Assembly: GCA_964057225.1 (NCBI GenBank)
Contig: OZ059900.1
Location: forward strand, 7,688,001-7,752,000
Direction of reading: 5' to 3'
Length of the DNA stretch: 64,000 bases
DNA from: Auanema rhodensis
Taxonomy: Eukaryota > Animalia > Nematoda
Below, piece after piece: positions 58,112-64,000 of this stretch (position 1 is the stretch's first letter; every line of letters begins with the position of its first letter). A program made the translations under genes and the position numbers. The notes under the pieces were generated by a model. The model saw only the letters and a list, made by a program, of their open reading frames with translations. It was not told the DNA's origin and searched no databases.

Positions 58112-61100
58112 AATGTTCATATAGGTGTATTTTGCACGAATATCAAAACTGATTGAAATATGGGCCTTTTTATGTTCAAAACGCCATATATTCAACGATT
58201 TTGGGTACAAAACATGTGAAAACTGTATGTTTTGATCAGACCCTTTGAGATATGGATTTGAAATTCAGGATTCATAAACTTCGACTATTTTTACATATAT
58301 ATGTCCAATTTTAACCACTTTGGTCGAAAAGGACCGAAAATATCAAGAATTATTGGTTTTTTGGGGATTGAAGGGCATTTTGGCAAAATCAGTCAAACTT
58401 TTGATCTTAAGCATATTTTTTTCTTCTAAAACGACTAAATGTATGAAATACTGTCATAGAATGTTCATATAGGTGTATTTTGCACAAATATCAAAACTGA
58501 TTGAAATATGGGCCTTTTTATGCTCAAAACGCCATATATTCAACGATTTTGGGTACAAAACATGTGAAAACTGTATGTTTTGATCAGACCCTTTGAGATA
58601 TGGATTTAAAATTCAGGATTCATAAAATTCGACTATTTTTACATATATATGTCCAACTTTAACCACTTTGGTCAAAAAGGACCGAAAATATCAAGAATTA
58701 TTGGTTTTTTGGGGTTTGAAGGGCATTTTGGCAAAATCAGTCAAACTTTTGATCTTAAGCATATTTTTTTCTTCTAAAACGACTAAATGTATGAAATACT
58801 GTCATAGAATGTTCATATAGGTGTATTTTGCACAAATATCAAAACTGATTGAAATATGGGCCTTTTTATGCTCAAAACGCCATATATTCAACGATTTTGG
58901 GTACAAAACATGTGAAAACTGTATGTTTTGATCAGACCCTTTGAGATATGGATTTAAAATTCAGGATTCATAAAATTCGACTATTTTTACATATATATGT
59001 CCAATTTTAACCACTTTGGTCAAAAAGGACCGAAAATATCAAGAATTATTGGTTTTTTGGGGTTTGAAGGGCATTTTGGCAAAATCAGTCAAACTTTTGA
59101 TCTTAAGCATATTTTTTTCTTCTAAAACGACTAAATGTATGAAATACTGTCATAGAATGTTCATATAGGTGTATTTTGCACGAATATCAAAACTGATTGA
59201 AATATGGGCCTTTTTATGTTCAAAACGCCATATATTCAACGATTTTGGGTACAAAACATGTGAAAACTGTATGTTTTGATCAGACCCTTTGAGATATGGA
59301 TTTGAAATTCAGGATTCATAAACTTTGACTATTTTTACATATATATGTCCAATTTTAACCACTTTGGTCGAAAAGGACCGAAAATATCAAGAATTATTGG
59401 TTTTTTGGGGATTGAAGGGCATTTTGGCAAAATCAGTCAAACTTTTGATCTTAAGCATATTTTTTTCTTCTAAAACGACTAAATGTATGAAATACTGTCA
59501 TAGAATGTTCATATAGGTGTATTTTGCACGAATATCAAAACTGATTGAAATATGGGCCTTTTTATGTTCAAAACGCCATATATTCAACGATTTTGGGTAC
59601 AAAACATGTGAAAACTGTATGTTTTGATCAGACCCTTTGAGATATGGATTTGGAATTCAGGATTCATAAACTTTGACTATTTTTACATATATATGTTCAT
59701 TTTAACCACTTTGGTCAAAAAGGACCGAAAATATCAAGAATTATTGGTTTTTTGGGGTTTGAAGGGCATTTTGGCTAAATCAGTCAAACTTTTGATCTTA
59801 AGCATATTTTTTTCTTCTAAAACGACTAAATGTATGAAATACTGTCATAGAATGTTCATATAGGTGTATTTTGCACGAATATCAAAACTGATTGAAATAT
59901 GGGCCTTTTTATGTTCAAAACGCCATATATTCAACGATTTTGGGTACAAAACATGTGAAAACTGTATGTTTTGATCAGACCCTTTGAGATATGGATTTGA
60001 AGTTCAGGATTCATAAACTTTGACTATTTTTACATATATATGTCCAATTTTAACCACTTTGGTCAAAAAGGACCGAAAATATCAAGAACTATTGGTTTTT
60101 TGGGGATTGAAGGGCATTTTGGCAAAATCAGTCAAACTTTTGATCTTAAGCATATTTTTTTCTTCTAAAACGACTAAATGTATGAAATACTGTCATAGAA
60201 TGTTCATATAGGTGTATTTTGCACAAATATCAAAACTGATTGAAATATGGGCCTTTTTATGCTCAAAACGCCATATATTCAACGATTTTGGGTACAAAAC
60301 ATGTGAAAACTGTATGTTTTGATCAGACCCTTTGAGATATGGATTTGAAATTCAGGATTCATAAACTTTGACTATTTTTACATATATATGTCCAATTTTA
60401 ACCACTTTGGTCAAAAAGGACCGAAAATATCAAGAATTATTGGTTTTTTGGGGTTTGAAGGGCATTTTGGCTAAATCAGTCAAACTTTTGATCTTAAGCA
60501 TATTTTTTTCTTCTAAAACGACTAAATGTATGAAATACTGTCAAAGAATGTTCATATAGGTGTATTTTGCACGAATATCAAAACTGATTGAAATATGGGC
60601 CTTTTTATGCTCAAAACGCCATATATTCAACGATTTTGGGTACAAAACATGTGAAAACTGTATGTTTTGATCAGACCCTTTGAGATATGGATTTAAAATT
60701 CAGGATTCATAAAATTCGACTATTTTTACATATATATGTCCAATTTTAACCACTTTGGTCAAAAAGGACCGAAAATATCAAGAATTATTGGTTTTTTGGG
60801 GTTTGAAGGGCATTTTGGCAAAATCAGTCAAACTTTTGATCTTAAGCATATTTTTTTTTCTAAAACGACTAAATGTATGAAATACTGTCAAAGAATGTTC
60901 ATATAGGTGTATTTTGCACGAATATCAAAACTGATTGAAATATGGGCCTTTTTATGTTCAAAACGCCATATATTCAACGATTTTGGGTACAAAACATGTG
61001 AAAACTGTATGTTTTGATCAGACCCTTTGAGATATGGATTTGAAATTCAGGATTCATAAACTTCGACTATTTTTACATATATATGTCCAATTTTAACCAC

Positions 61101-64000
61101 TTTGGTCGAAAAGGACCGAAAATATCAAGAATTATTGGTTTTTTGGGGATTGAAGGGCATTTTGGCAAAATCAGTCAAACTTTTGATCTTAAGCATATTT
61201 TTTTCTTCTAAAACGACTAAATGTATGAAATACTGTCATAGAATGTTCATATAGGTGTATTTTGCACAAATATCAAAACTGATTGAAATATGGGCCTTTT
61301 TATGCTCAAAACGCCATATATTCAACGATTTTGGGTACAAAACATGTGAAAACTGTATGTTTTGATCAGACCCTTTGAGATATGGATTTAAAATTCAGGA
61401 TTCATAAAATTCGACTATTTTTACATATATATGTCCAATTTTAACCACTTTGGTCAAAAAGGACCGAAAATATCAAGAATTATTGGTTTTTTGGGGTTTG
61501 AAGGGCATTTTGGCAAAATCAGTCAAACTTTTGATCTTAAGCATATTTTTTTCTTCTAAAACGACTAAATGTATGAAATACTGTCATAGAATGTTCATAT
61601 AGGTGTATTTTGCACAAATATCAAAACTGATTGAAATATGGGCCTTTTTATGCTCAAAACGCCATATATTCAACGATTTTGGGTACAAAACATGTGAAAA
61701 CTGTATGTTTTGATCAGACCCTTTGAGATATGGATTTAAAATTCAGGATTCATAAAATTCGACTATTTTTACATATATATGTCCAATTTTAACCACTTTG
61801 GTCAAAAAGGACCGAAAATATCAAGAATTATTGGTTTTTTGGGGTTTGAAGGGCATTTTGGCAAAATCAGTCAAACTTTTGATCTTAAGCATATTTTTTT
61901 CTTCTAAAACGACTAAATGTATGAAATACTGTCATAGAATGTTCATATAGGTGTATTTTGCACGAATATCAAAACTGATTGAAATATGGGCCTTTTTATG
62001 TTCAAAACGCCATATATTCAACGATTTTGGGTACAAAACATGTGAAAACTGTATGTTTTGATCAGACCCTTTGAGATATGGATTTGAAATTCAGGATTCA
62101 TAAACTTCGACTATTTTTACATATATATGTCCAATTTTAACCACTTTGGTCGAAAAGGACCGAAAACATCAAGAATTATTGGTTTTTTGGGGATTGAAGG
62201 GCATTTTGGCAAAATCAGTCAAACTTTTGATCTTAAGCATATTTTTTTCTTCTAAAACGACTAAATGTATGAAATACTGTCATAGAATGTTCATATAGGT
62301 GTATTTTGCACGAATATCAAAACTGATTGAAATATGGGCCTTTTTATGTTCAAAACGCCATATATTCAACGATTTTGGGTACAAAACATGTGAAAACTGT
62401 ATGTTTTGATCAGACCCTTTGAGATATGGATTTGAAATTCAGGATTCATAAACTTCGACTATTTTTACATATATATGTCCAATTTTAACCACTTTGGTCG
62501 AAAAGGACCGAAAATATCAAGAATTATTGGTTTTTTGGGGATTGAAGGGCATTTTGGCAAAATCAGTCAAACTTTTGATCTTAAGCATATTTTTTTCTTC
62601 TAAAACGACTAAATGTATGAAATACTGTCATAGAATGTTCATATAGGTGTATTTTGCACAAATATCAAAACTGATTGAAATATGGGCCTTTTTATGCTCA
62701 AAACGCCATATATTCAACGATTTTGGGTACAAAACATGTGAAAACTGTATGTTTTGATCAGACCCTTTGAGATATGGATTTAAAATTCAGGATTCATAAA
62801 ATTCGACTATTTTTACATATATATGTCCAATTTTAACCACTTTGGTCAAAAAGGACCGAAAATATCAAGAATTATTGGTTTTTTGGGGTTTGAAGGGCAT
62901 TTTGGCAAAATCAGTCAAACTTTTGATCTTAAGCATATTTTTTTCTTCTAAAACGACTAAATGTATGAAATACTGTCATAGAATGTTCATATAGGTGTAT
63001 TTTGCACAAATATCAAAACTGATTGAAATATGGGCCTTTTTATGCTCAAAACGCCATATATTCAACGATTTTGGGTACAAAACATGTGAAAACTGTATGT
63101 TTTGATCAGACCCTTTGAGATATGGATTTAAAATTCAGGATTCATAAAATTCGACTATTTTTACATATATATGTCCAATTTTAACCACTTTGGTCAAAAA
63201 GGACCGAAAATATCAAGAATTATTGGTTTTTTGGGGTTTGAAGGGCATTTTGGCAAAATCAGTCAAACTTTTGATCTTAAGCATATTTTTTTCTTCTAAA
63301 ACGACTAAATGTATGAAATACTGTCATAGAATGTTCATATAGGTGTATTTTGCACGAATATCAAAACTGATTGAAATATGGGCCTTTTTATGTTCAAAAC
63401 GCCATATATTCAACGATTTTGGGTACAAAACATGTGAAAACTGTATGTTTTGATCAGACCCTTTGAGATATGGATTTGAAATTCAGGATTCATAAACTTT
63501 GACTATTTTTACATATATATGTCCAATTTTAACCACTTTGGTCGAAAAGGACCGAAAACATCAAGAATTATTGGTTTTTTGGGGATTGAAGGGCATTTTG
63601 GCAAAATCAGTCAAACTTTTGATCTTAAGCATATTTTTTTCTTCTAAAACGACTAAATGTATGAAATACTGTCATAGAATGTTCATATAGGTGTATTTTG
63701 CACGAATATCAAAACTGATTGAAATATGGGCCTTTTTATGTTCAAAACGCCATATATTCAACGATTTTGGGTACAAAACATGTGAAAACTGTATGTTTTG
63801 ATCAGACCCTTTGAGATATGGATTTGGAATTCAGGATTCATAAACTTTGACTATTTTTACATATATATGTTCATTTTAACCACTTTGGTCAAAAAGGACC
63901 GAAAATATCAAGAATTATTGGTTTTTTGGGGTTTGAAGGGCATTTTGGCTAAATCAGTCAAACTTTTGATCTTAAGCATATTTTTTTCTTCTAAAACGAC
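58112..64000. repeat. Long-range copy of the block starting at 32015 (offset 26097 bp, 75 monomers) with an extra internal 4-mer
   Basis: Five rare markers at an identical offset: 32560/58657, 33602/59699, 33992/60089, 34760/60857, 36070/62167. The offset then becomes 27489 (36070/63559, 36384/63873). Confidence 0.92.

Larger units (their letters stand above)
1..64000. repeat. Tandem satellite DNA array, 348-bp monomer, ~184 copies, candidate centromeric/pericentromeric satellite; runs off both window ends
   Basis: AATGTTCATATAGGTG recurs at 1, 349, 697, 1045 and so on. ORF-track starts fall at 170+348k minus a cumulative offset explained by eight 1-bp deletions (about 8548, 17595, 33602, 34760, 36384, 59699, 60857, 63873). 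No non-repeat sequence seen. The centromeric role is inferred from architecture only. Confidence 0.99.

Noticed and set aside
170-63690. Dozens of near-identical 63-aa ORFs (MTIFTYIC...) as a tandem gene family
   Set aside because: They begin at a TTG created by the m171 T/C polymorphism, so they appear in under half of the monomers. The ORF region is no more conserved than the rest of the monomer, some copies carry stops (7192, 21157), and no domain is recognisable.
1-64000. CRISPR array or other repeat-spacer system
   Set aside because: There are no unique spacers; the entire 348 bp is repeated and no cas genes are present.

Overview
The whole 64,000-bp window is one uninterrupted head-to-tail array of an AT-rich satellite monomer of 348 bp (105/348, about 30% GC, counted by hand on monomer 1). 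It holds 183 complete copies plus a partial 184th starting at 63678, all in the same orientation and differing at only a few positions per copy. No gene, RNA gene, transposon insertion, inversion or CRISPR spacer is visible, and every listed ORF is a by-product of the repeat. This architecture is typical of eukaryotic centromeric or pericentromeric satellite DNA, but neither the organism nor centromere function can be established from the sequence. The informative content is in the variants. About 14 recurrent polymorphic sites define a few monomer classes that recur in non-random order, including two different 8-mer higher-order units. Rare shared variants expose nested duplications of 2, 4, 5, 6, 8 and 10 monomers, and longer-range block copies at 25-27 and 75 monomers. 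Chimeric monomers mark several recombination junctions. The monomer has phased A/T tracts, several dyad symmetries and a faint ~174-bp dimeric substructure. Monomer positions (m1-m348) are numbered from window base 1 (AATGTTCATA...). All comparisons were made by eye. I found no evidence for a novel protein-coding system.
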